From NCBI GenBank assembly GCA_965247115.1, contig CBDFGR010000001.1, positions 128,001 through 192,000 of the forward strand: a stretch of DNA of 64,000 bases. The letters run 5' to 3'. The notes beneath the pieces are model-generated. The model did not search any database. It was not told the origin of the DNA and saw nothing but the letters and a program-made list of their open reading frames with translations. This document shows, one piece after another, positions 31,338-41,324 of this stretch. The translations under genes were made by a program, and so were the position numbers. Position 1 is the stretch's first letter. Every line of letters starts with the position of its first letter. The DNA is from Myxococcota bacterium (GTDB taxonomy: Bacteria > Myxococcota_A > UBA9160 > SZUA-336).

Positions 31338-32801
31338 TTGGCGACGGAGCTGGCGACTCCTGCGAGCGAGGCCGAGGCACCCTTGCGTCACGAGAGTCTG
31401 GTCAACGAGAACCTCGAGTTCATGGCGCGACTCTCGCTTATCGAGCAAGCGCTCCCCCTCCTGCGCATGCGTGGGCTGGGGCGTATCGCGGAAGCCGTTC
31501 TGTCGCTTCTGTGCGCGGAGGCTGGCGCACCGGATGGCGTGATCTGGGGGAACGCAACAGGCGGGGAGAGCTTGGAGCTGCTGGCAACCCGCGGGAACAC
31601 GCGTGTCGCCGAGGAGCCGCGCTACTGGTCGGACCCTCGCGTCCAGGCGGGCGAAGCATTGCACTCGGGCCACGCGGTGCGCGTGGCGGCCGAGTCGGGG
31701 GCTGCGGCGCGGGTCCTGGTTCCGTGCGACGATGGAGATCAGCTGCTGGCGGTGGCCAGGCTCTCAGGCTGGGAGGCCGGAAGTGAGCCCTCCGAACGGG
31801 TCCTCCTGGCCTGCGAGAAGATCGCCGAGATCGGCACGCTCGCGTTCCAGGCGAGCGGCGAGCGTACGAAGAACTCAGCCTCGAGCGTGCGGGACCAGGA
31901 GACAGATCTGCCGACCTGCGCCTTCCTGGAGGAGGTGGCGAAGACCGAGCTGCCAAAGGCCCGCCGCTTCGGTCGGCGGATCTCACTGATCTGCCTCGAT
32001 CTGGAAGGCGCCGATCCGCGCAGGCACAAGGCCGAGCTGGCCAGCCTCGTGGCGTGCGCCTCGCGCACCATCCGGACGACGGACATCCTCGCGATCGAGG
32101 ATTCAAGCCGCTTCTGGCTGTGGCTGACCGACTCGGAGCCGCTCGGCGGCGCGGTTCTCAAGCGTCGGATCCACGACCGCTTGCGCGAGGCGCTCTCTCC
32201 GTCCGCGACCGAGATCCGGCCAGCGCTTGGGCTGGCCACGTTCCCGCGGGATGGCGAGAGCCTGGTAGCCCTGCGTCGGCACGCACTGGATCGCATCCGC
32301 ATGGCCCGGACCAGCATCGTTCGCGATCTCGGCATCGAGGCGGATACCTCACTCGCGGTCATCGTCGAGCGCCTGCGCGAGCAGGCGACCACGGTGTCCG
32401 GCGAGGTCGTGTCGGAGGCCGCGGACCTGCTGGTCGGCGAGCTGAGCTGCCGGCCTCGAGACCAGGGGCTCTTGTTCTTCGCACCGGGGCAGGACTCGGC
32501 GGCGTTCCTGCGGCCCCTGATCGCCCTTGGAGAGGCCGATGTGGCGACGGATGTGTTTCTGGCCACGGATGAGGACACGCTGCCCGCAGGCTCCGTGGTG
32601 AGTGCCCTGGGGCTGCCACCCCAGGTCTCCGCGGACACGAGCTGGATCGTGCGCTTCGGAGAGGCCGCGCCCTACGCCCTGCTGGCATGGCCCCGCCAGG
32701 CAGACGGCTCCCGTCCGGTCTTTCATACCTCTGACCCCGTCCTGGTGGAGCACATGACCTTTCGCCTTCGCGCAGAGGTCGGCTTCGGCATGAGGGCCTG
32801 A
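31338..32801 (+). CDS. GAF-like + degenerate GGDEF-domain protein with C-terminal domain of unknown function
   Basis: RDQETDLP...KARRFGRRISLICLDLE...RTTDILAIEDSSRF...LGLATFPRDGE follows the GGDEF fold. TTG start after GAGGAGG. Confidence 0.75.
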   Translation: MATELATPASEAEAPLRHESLVNENLEFMARLSLIEQALPLLRMRGLGRIAEAVLSLLCAEAGAPDGVIWGNATGGESLELLATRGNTRVAEEPRYWSDPRVQAGEALHSGHAVRVAAESGAAARVLVPCDDGDQLLAVARLSGWEAGSEPSERVLLACEKIAEIGTLAFQASGERTKNSASSVRDQETDLPTCAFLEEVAKTELPKARRFGRRISLICLDLEGADPRRHKAELASLVACASRTIRTTDILAIEDSSRFWLWLTDSEPLGGAVLKRRIHDRLREALSPSATEIRPALGLATFPRDGESLVALRRHALDRIRMARTSIVRDLGIEADTSLAVIVERLREQATTVSGEVVSEAADLLVGELSCRPRDQGLLFFAPGQDSAAFLRPLIALGEADVATDVFLATDEDTLPAGSVVSALGLPPQVSADTSWIVRFGEAAPYALLAWPRQADGSRPVFHTSDPVLVEHMTFRLRAEVGFGMRA

Positions 32802-34318
32802 TGCGGACGTTGATCGCGGACCACGATGCGACCCGCGCCAAGGGCATTGCGGAGGCGTGCCTCGCGCGGGGCATCGTCGTCGAGCACGCATCGCACGGGG
32901 CCGCCGCTCTCGAGGTCGCGCTGGAGCGCGTGCCCGACCTGGTGATCTGCCCGCTCGAGCTGCCGGTGATCGATGCCGTACGCATGACCGAGATCCTGAG
33001 GGCGAATCCTCGTACTCGGGGAGCGTGCTTTCTGTTCCTCACGACCGACGAGCTCGATGCCCCGATCGTGATGGATCCGCGAGATGCCGCAATCCCGAGT
33101 CCTTGGGACGTCGAAGAGGTGCTGCGGCATGTCGAGCCGATCCTGGCGCAGAACACGCGGCTCGGAGCCGTGCGTTCGAACAGCGAGGTCTCGGGAAAGC
33201 TCACCCAGATCTCACTGCTCGATCTCCTGCAGATCTTCCAGATGAACAGCAAGACGGGCACCCTGCGCATCTCGAACATCGACGGCACGAGCTCTGGAGT
33301 CGTGCTCGTGCGCCGGGGTCAGGTCATCGACGCAGCCATTCCGCTCGGTGACGGCACCTCGATCAGTAGCGAGAAGGCGCTCTTCCGCCTGCTGACCTGG
33401 AGGGACGGGAGCTTCGAGTTCTTGCCAGGGGAGCCCGCCGGCAGCGCGCGCGTGCAGATGCCGACGCGGTCGCTGCTCCTCGAGGGCATGCGCCAGAAGG
33501 ACGAGCTCGCAACGAGGCGCGGTGACCTCCCGGCGGAAATCTCGCGGCTGCGCGTGGAGGCTCGCAGCGAGGACGTCCGTTCCTGGACCCACGCGGGGAT
33601 CCGCGAGGTCGTGGAGGCGGTGGCTACCTACGAGCGGGTGAGCGACATCGTCGACCACTGTCGGATGCCCGACTATCAGGTGCTGTGCGCCCTCTCGGAG
33701 CTGCTTGCGCGCGGTGTGCTCGCCGTCGAGAGACCTGGCGGTGTCCCGGGGCACGAGCTCGCCGCGGGTGACGGAAGCATTCTCACGGCGTCGGAGCTGC
33801 GCCAGCTGCGCGAGTGGGCGTCCGCCTCACGGCGGACCTCGGGTCCCGTGGTCAAGGTGGCCGTACTCGCCAGCGAGCAAGCACCCCTGGACACGTTTCG
33901 GCGCGCGATGGCGGAGTCCACCGACTTCCTGCCGGACCCCCGCATGGCGCGCGAGCCGAGACGAGCGGGCAGTCTGGGACACTTCCAGCTGGGCGACGGA
34001 CTCAGCTTGAGACTGATCTCCGTGCGGTCGGCTCCCTTCTACGCTCCGCTCTGGGAGGTCGTGACCCACGGGATGTTGGGGGCGATCGTGCTTCTGCCCG
34101 AGCAGGGTCCCGGGCTCGCATCCGAGGCGGAGCGGGGCTTCGCGGAACTCGCCGAGCGGGCGGGTGCCCATGTCTTGGAGCTCGTGCAGAGCGACTCGGG
34201 TGTGGCGCCGCGCGGGCTGCGGGGCGATGCTGGCGACGGTGCCCTCGTGCTGCCCCGAGCCCCTGCTTCCGGACGCCTTGCGGTACTGCGTACGCTCTTT
34301 GCGAGGCTGCTGCCATGA
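32801..34318 (+). CDS. Pseudo-receiver + DUF4388 (PATAN-like) + degenerate small-GTPase-like domain protein
   Basis: REC-like N-terminus; SGKLTQISLLDLLQIFQMNSKTGTL...EKALFRLLTWRDGSFEF...LLLEGMRQKDE (DUF4388); C-terminal GTPase-like strands. Confidence 0.8.
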   Translation: MRTLIADHDATRAKGIAEACLARGIVVEHASHGAAALEVALERVPDLVICPLELPVIDAVRMTEILRANPRTRGACFLFLTTDELDAPIVMDPRDAAIPSPWDVEEVLRHVEPILAQNTRLGAVRSNSEVSGKLTQISLLDLLQIFQMNSKTGTLRISNIDGTSSGVVLVRRGQVIDAAIPLGDGTSISSEKALFRLLTWRDGSFEFLPGEPAGSARVQMPTRSLLLEGMRQKDELATRRGDLPAEISRLRVEARSEDVRSWTHAGIREVVEAVATYERVSDIVDHCRMPDYQVLCALSELLARGVLAVERPGGVPGHELAAGDGSILTASELRQLREWASASRRTSGPVVKVAVLASEQAPLDTFRRAMAESTDFLPDPRMAREPRRAGSLGHFQLGDGLSLRLISVRSAPFYAPLWEVVTHGMLGAIVLLPEQGPGLASEAERGFAELAERAGAHVLELVQSDSGVAPRGLRGDAGDGALVLPRAPASGRLAVLRTLFARLLP

Positions 34319-34752
34319 GTATCGACCTGGGAAAGTTTGAGCTCCTGCAAGAGCTCAACGACGAGCAACGCGGCGAGCTCGCGCCGCTCCTCGTCGAGAA
34401 AAGCGTCGAGGTCGGAGACTTCATCTTCCGCGTCAACGAGGAGGCCGCCGCGCTCCATCTGATCAGCGAGGGCTCGGTCCGCCTCGAGCTGAAGGGGCGC
34501 GAGATCGGCGAGCTGACGGCGGGTGAAGCCATCGGCGCCGTGAGTCTCGTCGTGATCGGAAACCGGCAGTGCGATGCGATCGCCGCTAGCGCGGCGACCC
34601 TCCTCACGCTGACCCGTGAGGGGTATCTGCGCCTGCGGGCCGACTCTCCTACGGTTGCGCTCGCGCTGCAAGAGGGGATCCTGCGCACCTTCTCCGGCTT
34701 CCTGCGCTGCACCGTGGCCGACCGACGCGCCCCAACGATAGAGGACGCTTGA
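34315..34752 (+). CDS. Stand-alone cyclic nucleotide-binding domain protein
   Basis: [22 protein letters not shown]...[23 protein letters not shown] overlap with the upstream gene. Confidence 0.85.
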   Translation: MSIDLGKFELLQELNDEQRGELAPLLVEKSVEVGDFIFRVNEEAAALHLISEGSVRLELKGREIGELTAGEAIGAVSLVVIGNRQCDAIAASAATLLTLTREGYLRLRADSPTVALALQEGILRTFSGFLRCTVADRRAPTIEDA

Positions 34753-34777
34753 CGGGGTCCCGACCTCACCCTACCTT
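34749..34777 (+). promoter_or_regulatory. sigma70-like promoter for guaBA
   Basis: TTGACG-N17-TACCTT. Confidence 0.55.
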
Positions 34778-34807
34778 GCGCCCCCAACCAGACCCGGAGG
34801 CGCTCCG

Positions 34808-36277
34808 TTGTCCAAGGCCCCGCTCCAAGATGGCCTGACCTTCGACGACGTCCTACTCGCGCCCGGAGCCTCGTCCGTCCACCCGAGCGAGGTCGACCTG
34901 TCTTCCCGGCTGACGCCGGAGATCTCGCTCACGGCCCCCGTGGTGTCCTCGCCGATGGACACGGTGACGGAGCATCGGACAGCCATCACCATGGCGCAGG
35001 AGGGCGGGATCGGGTTCGTACACAAGAACCTGACCATCGAGGCCCAGGCAGACGAGCTGGCCAAGGTGAAGCGCTCCGAGTCCGGCATGATCGTCGACCC
35101 GATCACGCTCGAGCCGGAAGAAGCCATCCACGAAGCCCTCGAGATCATGCACAAGAACCGCATCTCGGGCTTGCCGGTCGTCCGCGGCGAGCAGCTCGTC
35201 GGCATCGTGACGAACAGAGACCTGCGCTTCGTGAAGGATCTGGAGCGCCCGGTGGCCACGATCATGACCAGCGGCGAGGCTCTCATCACAGTCGAGCTGG
35301 GCGTCACGTTGGAGCGCGCCAAGGAGCTACTGCACGAGAACCGGATCGAGAAGCTGCTCGTGACCGACGCCCGCGGGAACCTGCGCGGCCTGATCACGAT
35401 CAAAGATATCGAGAAGGCGCAGCGCTTCCCCAACGCGAACAAGGATGCGTTGGGTCGGCTGCGCGTGGGTGGGGCCATCGGCGTGGCCCGCGACTGCCTG
35501 GACCGGGCAGAGGCCCTGATCGCGGCGGGTGCCGACGTGCTCCTGCTCGATAGCTCGCACGGCCACGCGGAGGCCGTGCTTCGTACTCTCGACGAGCTGC
35601 ACTCGACCTTCCCTGACACCGAGGTGATCGGGGGCAACGTCGCCACGGCGGAGGGTGCGGAGGCGTTGATCAAGCAAAGCGTCGCCGCCGTGCGCTGCGG
35701 CGTCGGACCCGGCTCTATCTGCACGACGCGTGTCGTAGCCGGCGTCGGAATTCCACAGTTCACGGCGATCGTCGAGGCTGGCGAGGTCTGTCGGCGGCAC
35801 GGCATTCCGCTCATTGCCGACGGCGGGATCAAATACTCCGGTGACATCACCAAGGCCCTGGCCGCCGGAGCCAGCAGCGTGATGATCGGATCGCTCTTTG
35901 CCGGTACCGACGAGAGCCCGGGCGACGTCGTGCTGCAGGGAGGTCGCTCCTACAAAGTCTACCGCGCGATGGGCTCGCTCTCGGCGATGCGCCAGGGGGC
36001 CAGGGACCGCTACTTCCAGGAGGACGTCGACGAGCTAGCCAAGCTGGTGCCCGAAGGCGTGGAGGCGCGTGTGCCACATCGCGGCCCCCTGTCGAACAGC
36101 GTGTATCAGCTTCTCGGCGGCGTCCGCTCGGGTATGGGTCTTGTCGGCGCAGCGAACCTCGGCGAGCTCGTGAGCCGGGCGCGCTTCGTCCGGATCACGG
36201 CCGCAGGTCTACGGGAGTCACATCCTCACGATGTGATCATCACCGAAGAGCCTCCTAACTACTGGCTCGACAGCTAA
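34808..36277 (+). CDS. guaB: IMP dehydrogenase
   Basis: [11 protein letters not shown] pair, [14 protein letters not shown] and PEGVE motifs. Confidence 0.98.
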   Translation: MSKAPLQDGLTFDDVLLAPGASSVHPSEVDLSSRLTPEISLTAPVVSSPMDTVTEHRTAITMAQEGGIGFVHKNLTIEAQADELAKVKRSESGMIVDPITLEPEEAIHEALEIMHKNRISGLPVVRGEQLVGIVTNRDLRFVKDLERPVATIMTSGEALITVELGVTLERAKELLHENRIEKLLVTDARGNLRGLITIKDIEKAQRFPNANKDALGRLRVGGAIGVARDCLDRAEALIAAGADVLLLDSSHGHAEAVLRTLDELHSTFPDTEVIGGNVATAEGAEALIKQSVAAVRCGVGPGSICTTRVVAGVGIPQFTAIVEAGEVCRRHGIPLIADGGIKYSGDITKALAAGASSVMIGSLFAGTDESPGDVVLQGGRSYKVYRAMGSLSAMRQGARDRYFQEDVDELAKLVPEGVEARVPHRGPLSNSVYQLLGGVRSGMGLVGAANLGELVSRARFVRITAAGLRESHPHDVIITEEPPNYWLDS

Positions 36278-36278
36278 G

Positions 36279-37820
36279 GTGACGCCGTCCGAGCGGGTCG
36301 TCATCGTCGACTTCGGGTCGCAGTACACGCAGCTCATCGCTCGACGCGTCCGCGAGCAGCATGTCTACTGCGAGGTGGTGCCGCCATGGGTCGAGCCCCA
36401 GCGCATCCGGGAGCTGGACCCGCAGGCGCTGATTCTCTCGGGGGGCCCCTCGAGCGTGACTCAGGAGGACGCGCCGCCCTTCAACGAGGATGTGCTCGAT
36501 CTGGGCGTCCCGATCCTCGCGATCTGCTACGGCCTCCAGCTCCTGGCCAAGCACTTCGGCGGCCTGGTGAAGACCGCGACGGAGCACGAGTACGGCCGGG
36601 CGGAGCTCGAGCTGCAGGGTACGGACCCGCTGTTCGAAGGGGTTCCCGCCAGGAGCGTCGTCTGGATGAGTCACGGGGATCGCGTCGAGCGCTTGCCGGC
36701 CGGCTTCCAGGTGCTGGGAACCTCGACGAATAGCCCCATCGCGGCGATCCGCGACGAGAGTGGGCGCATCTACGCCCTTCAGTTCCACCCTGAAGTAGCG
36801 CACACCGAGGCGGGCACGTGCATCCTGCAGAACTTCCTGCACCGCATTGTGGGGCTCACAGGGCGCTGGTCGATGGAGGAGTTCATCGAAGCCCAGGTCG
36901 CGGACCTGCGCGCGCGTATCGGCGAGGCGGCCGTCATCTGTGGTGTTTCGGGCGGTGTCGACTCCACGGTGGTGGCGGCACTGCTCGAGCGGGCGATCGG
37001 GAGTCAGCTCTACTGCTTCAGCGTGGACAACGGACTCCTGCGAGCCGGCGAGGTCGAGGAGGTTCGGCAAATCTTCGAGAATGAGCTCTCGATACCGCTC
37101 GAGGTAGTCGACGAGTCGGAGCTGTTTCTCGCCCGACTGCGCGGTGTCGAGGATCCGGAGAAAAAGCGAGTGATCATCGGACACACCTTCATCGAGGCCT
37201 TCGAGCGTGCCGCCACGAGGATCCCGGGCGCCACGTTCCTCGCGCAGGGCACGCTCTATCCGGACGTGATCGAGTCGGTGTCGGTCTGGGGACCATCCGC
37301 GACGATCAAGACGCACCACAATGTGGGAGGGCTACCGGAGCGCATGCAGCTCGAGATCGTCGAGCCCCTTCGCGAGCTGTTCAAGGACGAGGTCCGCGAG
37401 GTCGCGGAGCGGCTCGGCATCCCGCGGCGGCTCTCGCGCCGGCATCCCTTCCCGGGACCGGGCCTCGCCATCCGCATTCTCGGAGAGGTGAGCGCGGAGA
37501 CCCTCACCATCCTGCGCGAGGCGGATCGCATCGTCCAGGAAGAGATCCGCAAGGCGGGCTGGTACGACAAGCTATGGCAGGCCTTCGCCGTGTTCCTGCC
37601 TGTGCGCGCTGTGGGCGTCATGGGCGATGCGCGCACGTACGAGCACGTGATCGCGGTCCGCTGCGTGACCTCGCGTGATGCCATGACGGCCGACTGGGCG
37701 GCGCTGCCGCCCGAGCTCCTTGGCGCGATCTCCAACCGGCTGATCAACGAGGTCGCCGGGGTCAACCGGGTCGTCTACGACATCTCGAGCAAGCCCCCAG
37801 CCACGATTGAGTGGGAGTAG
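36279..37820 (+). CDS. guaA: GMP synthase (glutamine-hydrolysing)
   Basis: DFGSQYTQLIARR, ICYG, QFHPE, SGGVDS and KPPATIEWE motifs. Confidence 0.98.
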   Translation: MTPSERVVIVDFGSQYTQLIARRVREQHVYCEVVPPWVEPQRIRELDPQALILSGGPSSVTQEDAPPFNEDVLDLGVPILAICYGLQLLAKHFGGLVKTATEHEYGRAELELQGTDPLFEGVPARSVVWMSHGDRVERLPAGFQVLGTSTNSPIAAIRDESGRIYALQFHPEVAHTEAGTCILQNFLHRIVGLTGRWSMEEFIEAQVADLRARIGEAAVICGVSGGVDSTVVAALLERAIGSQLYCFSVDNGLLRAGEVEEVRQIFENELSIPLEVVDESELFLARLRGVEDPEKKRVIIGHTFIEAFERAATRIPGATFLAQGTLYPDVIESVSVWGPSATIKTHHNVGGLPERMQLEIVEPLRELFKDEVREVAERLGIPRRLSRRHPFPGPGLAIRILGEVSAETLTILREADRIVQEEIRKAGWYDKLWQAFAVFLPVRAVGVMGDARTYEHVIAVRCVTSRDAMTADWAALPPELLGAISNRLINEVAGVNRVVYDISSKPPATIEWE

Positions 37821-37835
37821 CCGCCCGGCTAGAAT
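37807..37835 (+). promoter_or_regulatory. sigma70-like promoter for dnaE
   Basis: TTGAGT-N17-TAGAAT. Confidence 0.5.
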
Positions 37836-37859
37836 CGAGCGGTTACCGGGGGGAACGCA

Positions 37860-40800
37860 TTGTCGCGCTTCGCGCATCTGCACCTGCACACGCAGTACTC
37901 GATTCTCGACGGTGCGATCGCGATTCCCCGACTCGTCGAGCAGTGTTCCTCGCTCGGAATGCCGGCGCTCGCGCTGACCGATCACGGCAACATGTTCGGC
38001 GCCGTGGAGTTCCAGGAGCAGTGCCGCCGCGTAGGAATGAAATCCATCATCGGCTGCGAGGTCTACGTCGCGCAGGGCTCGCGCTTCGAGAAGGATGCCT
38101 CGACAGGCGGCTTCGACGGGATCAATCACATGATCCTGCTGGCGATGAACGAGCAGGGCTACTTGAACCTCATCAAGCTCGTCTCCAAGGGATTTCTCGA
38201 GGGCTTCTACTACAAGCCACGCATCGATCTGGAGCTGCTGCGCGAGCACAACGCGGGTCTGATCGCAACGTCAGGCTGCCTGTCGGGCGCCATCCCACAG
38301 GCGATTGTGGCCGGGAAGCTCGACGCGGCCCGGAGCCTCGTGGAGACCTACTCCCAGATCTTCGAGGATCGCTTTTACCTCGAGTTCCAACGCCACGGCA
38401 TTCCTAGCCAGGAACTGGTCAACCGGGAGCTGCTCGGCATCCGAAGGGACCTGGGGCTGCCCCTCCTGGCGACGAACGACTGTCACTACCTCGGCTGCAA
38501 CGACGCCCACTCCCACGAGGCCCTGCTCTGCGTGCAGACGGGCAAGACGCTCTCAGACCCGCAGCGCTTCCGCTTCGACGGCGAGGGCTTCTACGTCAAG
38601 GATGCGGACGAGATGCTGGAGGTCTTCCACGACCTGCCAGAGGCGGTGACCAACTCGGTGGAGCTCGCCGAGCGCTGCAACTTCGAGATCGAGACGGGCC
38701 AGGGCCTGCTTCCGGAGTTCCAGGTTCCGTCCGGTCAGAGCGCCCGGGCCTACCTGAGGGACCTGGTGCTCCGAGGCCTGAAGCAGCGCCTGGGTCTCGA
38801 ACCCGCTGCGCCCTTCGGAGAACACCACGCCCCGTACGAGCAGCGGATCCGCTACGAGCTCGAGGTGATCATCTCCAAGGGCTACGCGGGCTACTTCCTG
38901 ATCGTCTGGGACATGATCCGCTTTGCCCGCGATCGGGGGATTCCGGTCGGACCGGGTCGGGGGTCCGCAGCGGGCTCACTCGTCGGCTACGCGCTCCACA
39001 TCGTCGATATCGATCCCATCGAGTACGGGATCCCGTTCGAGCGCTTCCTGAACCCCGAGCGGCCCTCGATGCCTGACATCGACATCGACTTCTGCATGCG
39101 CCGGCGCAGCGAGGTGATCCGCTACGTCGAGGAGAAGTACAACGGCGAGGGCGAAGACGGCCGCCGCGTGGCCGGGATCGTGACCTTCGGAACGATGCAG
39201 GCCAAGGCGGCCGTGCGCGACTGCGGGCGTGTACTCGGCATGCCCTTCGCGGACGTCGATCAGGTCGCCAAGCGGATCCCCGACACCCTCGGCATCAAGC
39301 TGTCGGAGGCGCTCGAGCAATCGCGCGAGCTGCGTGAGCTTCGCGACCGCCAGCCTGCGGTACGGGAGCTGCTCGACCTGGCGATCTCCCTGGAGGGTCA
39401 GATCCGCAATCCCGGTCGCCACCCCGGCGGCGTCGTGATCTCCTCGAAGCCCCTGCTCGAGGTGGCGCCCCTCTATCGCGACCAGCGCTCCAAGGAGGTC
39501 GTAGTCCAGTTCGACGTCCGCGCCTCCGAGAAGGTCGGACTGATCAAGTTCGACCTGCTGGGCCTGCGGACGCTGACGATCATCCAGGAGGCGGTCGAGC
39601 GCGTGCGCACTCGCCATGACCCGAACTTCGACCCCGCCAAGACGGACCTCGCGGATCCGCTCACGTACGATCTCCTGTGTCGGGCCGACACCGTCGGCAT
39701 CTTCCAGGTGGAGTCGCCGGGCTGCTCAGAGCTCGTGTACCGCATGCAGCCCAGGCACTTCCGCGACCTGATCGCGATCCTGGCGCTCTATCGGCCGGCC
39801 ACGCTTCAGTCGGGGATGATCGACGAGTTCATCGAGGCCCGCCAGGGCCGCCGCCAGCGCTCCTACCTGCTGCCGGAGCTGGAGGAGGTTCTCGCGGAGA
39901 CCTACGGCGTGATCGTCTACCAGGACCAGGTGCTGCTCATCGCGAACAAGATCGCAGGCTACTCGCTCGGCCAGGGCGACCTATTGCGCTACGCGATGGG
40001 GAAAAAGATCCCAGAGGAGATGGAGAAGCAGCGGGTCACGTTCGTGGACGGTGCCGTCGCGAACGGTCATCCCAAGGTGAAGGCCGAGCAGCTGTTCGAT
40101 CTCATCTTCGAGTTCTCCGGCTACGGCTTCGGCAAGGCGCACTCGGCGGCCTACGCCCTGCTTACCCACCAAACCGCCTACCTCAAGGCGCACTTCCCCG
40201 CGGAGTTCTACGCGGCGACCATGACAGCGGAGTGGCGCGACCAGGGCAAGCTAGACCGCTACCTCAAGGATGCGGCGAAGCGCAAGATCGCGATCCTGCA
40301 GCCCAGCGTGAACGAGAGTGAGGCCGAGTTCAGCCTCGCAGAATCCGGGCAGGACCTGCGCTTCGGGCTGGCGGGAATCAAGAACGTGGGCGAGGCAGCC
40401 GTCGAAGCGATTGTGGCTGATCGGCGTCAAAACGGCAGCTTCGAGAGCCTGTTCGACTTCTGCTCTCGAATCGACAGCAGGCGCGTGAACCGCCGCGTCG
40501 TCGAGAGCCTGATCCGCTGCGGTGCGTTCGACTTCACCAAGGCAACGCGTGCCTCGCTGTGGCAGGCGTTGCCCGGTGCCCTCGTAACGGGCCAGCGGGC
40601 CCAGCGCGATCGTGAGCAGGGTCAGGGCTGGCTCTTCGATGGCCTCGAGATGCAGGTCGAGCAGGCTCTAGGCGAGGAGGAGGAGTGGACGACAAGCCAG
40701 CTCCTGACCGGGGAAAAGGAGATGCTCGGCTTCTACCTGACCGGACACCCTCTGTCCGACAGGCGCGACATCCTGGAGCGCTTCTCGAGCCACACCCTGG

Positions 40801-41324
40801 ACGCGATTCCGGAGACGGCCCGCGGCGAGGTCTGGCTCGGCGGGCTGGTGAGCGGGCTGCGCACCCAGAAAACGCGGCGCGGCGACCTGATGGCGCGCGG
40901 GCGTCTCGAGGACCTGAACGGCACCATCAACACCGTGTTCTTCCCGGAGACCTACGAGAAGTCCGCCCCGCTGCTGCGCGAAGAGGAGCCCCTGTTCCTG
41001 AAGGGAACGCTCGTCGGGGAAGCCGAGCTCGTGGAGCTCCAGGTGCAGGAGGTCATTCCACTGGCCGAAGTGTGGCAGCGGCGCACGATCCGACTCGCAC
41101 TTCAGCTCGAGGCTCAGGCGGTCACGAAGGAGCGACTCGAAAGCCTGCGCTCGATCCTCGATCTGGTACCTGGTCCGGTTCCCGTCAAGCTCGAGCTGCT
41201 GCTTCCCGGTGGCGCCCAGGCCGTGCTCGAACTGCGCCGCCACCGAGTGGCAATCAGCCCCGAGCTCGTGGGCGAGATCGACGCGTTGTTCGAGCTGCCC
41301 GTGGCGCACTGCTGCCTCGCATGA
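37860..41324 (+). CDS. dnaE: DNA polymerase III alpha subunit
   Basis: PHP domain (HLHLH, TDHG, NDCH), GPGRGSAAGS, MPDIDIDF, KFDLLGL and clamp-binding QGWLF. Confidence 0.97.
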   Translation: MSRFAHLHLHTQYSILDGAIAIPRLVEQCSSLGMPALALTDHGNMFGAVEFQEQCRRVGMKSIIGCEVYVAQGSRFEKDASTGGFDGINHMILLAMNEQGYLNLIKLVSKGFLEGFYYKPRIDLELLREHNAGLIATSGCLSGAIPQAIVAGKLDAARSLVETYSQIFEDRFYLEFQRHGIPSQELVNRELLGIRRDLGLPLLATNDCHYLGCNDAHSHEALLCVQTGKTLSDPQRFRFDGEGFYVKDADEMLEVFHDLPEAVTNSVELAERCNFEIETGQGLLPEFQVPSGQSARAYLRDLVLRGLKQRLGLEPAAPFGEHHAPYEQRIRYELEVIISKGYAGYFLIVWDMIRFARDRGIPVGPGRGSAAGSLVGYALHIVDIDPIEYGIPFERFLNPERPSMPDIDIDFCMRRRSEVIRYVEEKYNGEGEDGRRVAGIVTFGTMQAKAAVRDCGRVLGMPFADVDQVAKRIPDTLGIKLSEALEQSRELRELRDRQPAVRELLDLAISLEGQIRNPGRHPGGVVISSKPLLEVAPLYRDQRSKEVVVQFDVRASEKVGLIKFDLLGLRTLTIIQEAVERVRTRHDPNFDPAKTDLADPLTYDLLCRADTVGIFQVESPGCSELVYRMQPRHFRDLIAILALYRPATLQSGMIDEFIEARQGRRQRSYLLPELEEVLAETYGVIVYQDQVLLIANKIAGYSLGQGDLLRYAMGKKIPEEMEKQRVTFVDGAVANGHPKVKAEQLFDLIFEFSGYGFGKAHSAAYALLTHQTAYLKAHFPAEFYAATMTAEWRDQGKLDRYLKDAAKRKIAILQPSVNESEAEFSLAESGQDLRFGLAGIKNVGEAAVEAIVADRRQNGSFESLFDFCSRIDSRRVNRRVVESLIRCGAFDFTKATRASLWQALPGALVTGQRAQRDREQGQGWLFDGLEMQVEQALGEEEEWTTSQLLTGEKEMLGFYLTGHPLSDRRDILERFSSHTLDAIPETARGEVWLGGLVSGLRTQKTRRGDLMARGRLEDLNGTINTVFFPETYEKSAPLLREEEPLFLKGTLVGEAELVELQVQEVIPLAEVWQRRTIRLALQLEAQAVTKERLESLRSILDLVPGPVPVKLELLLPGGAQAVLELRRHRVAISPELVGEIDALFELPVAHCCLA

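Noticed and set aside
37860..41324. Intein in DnaE
   Set aside because: Length is normal (1154 aa), with no intein-like insertion or splice motifs.
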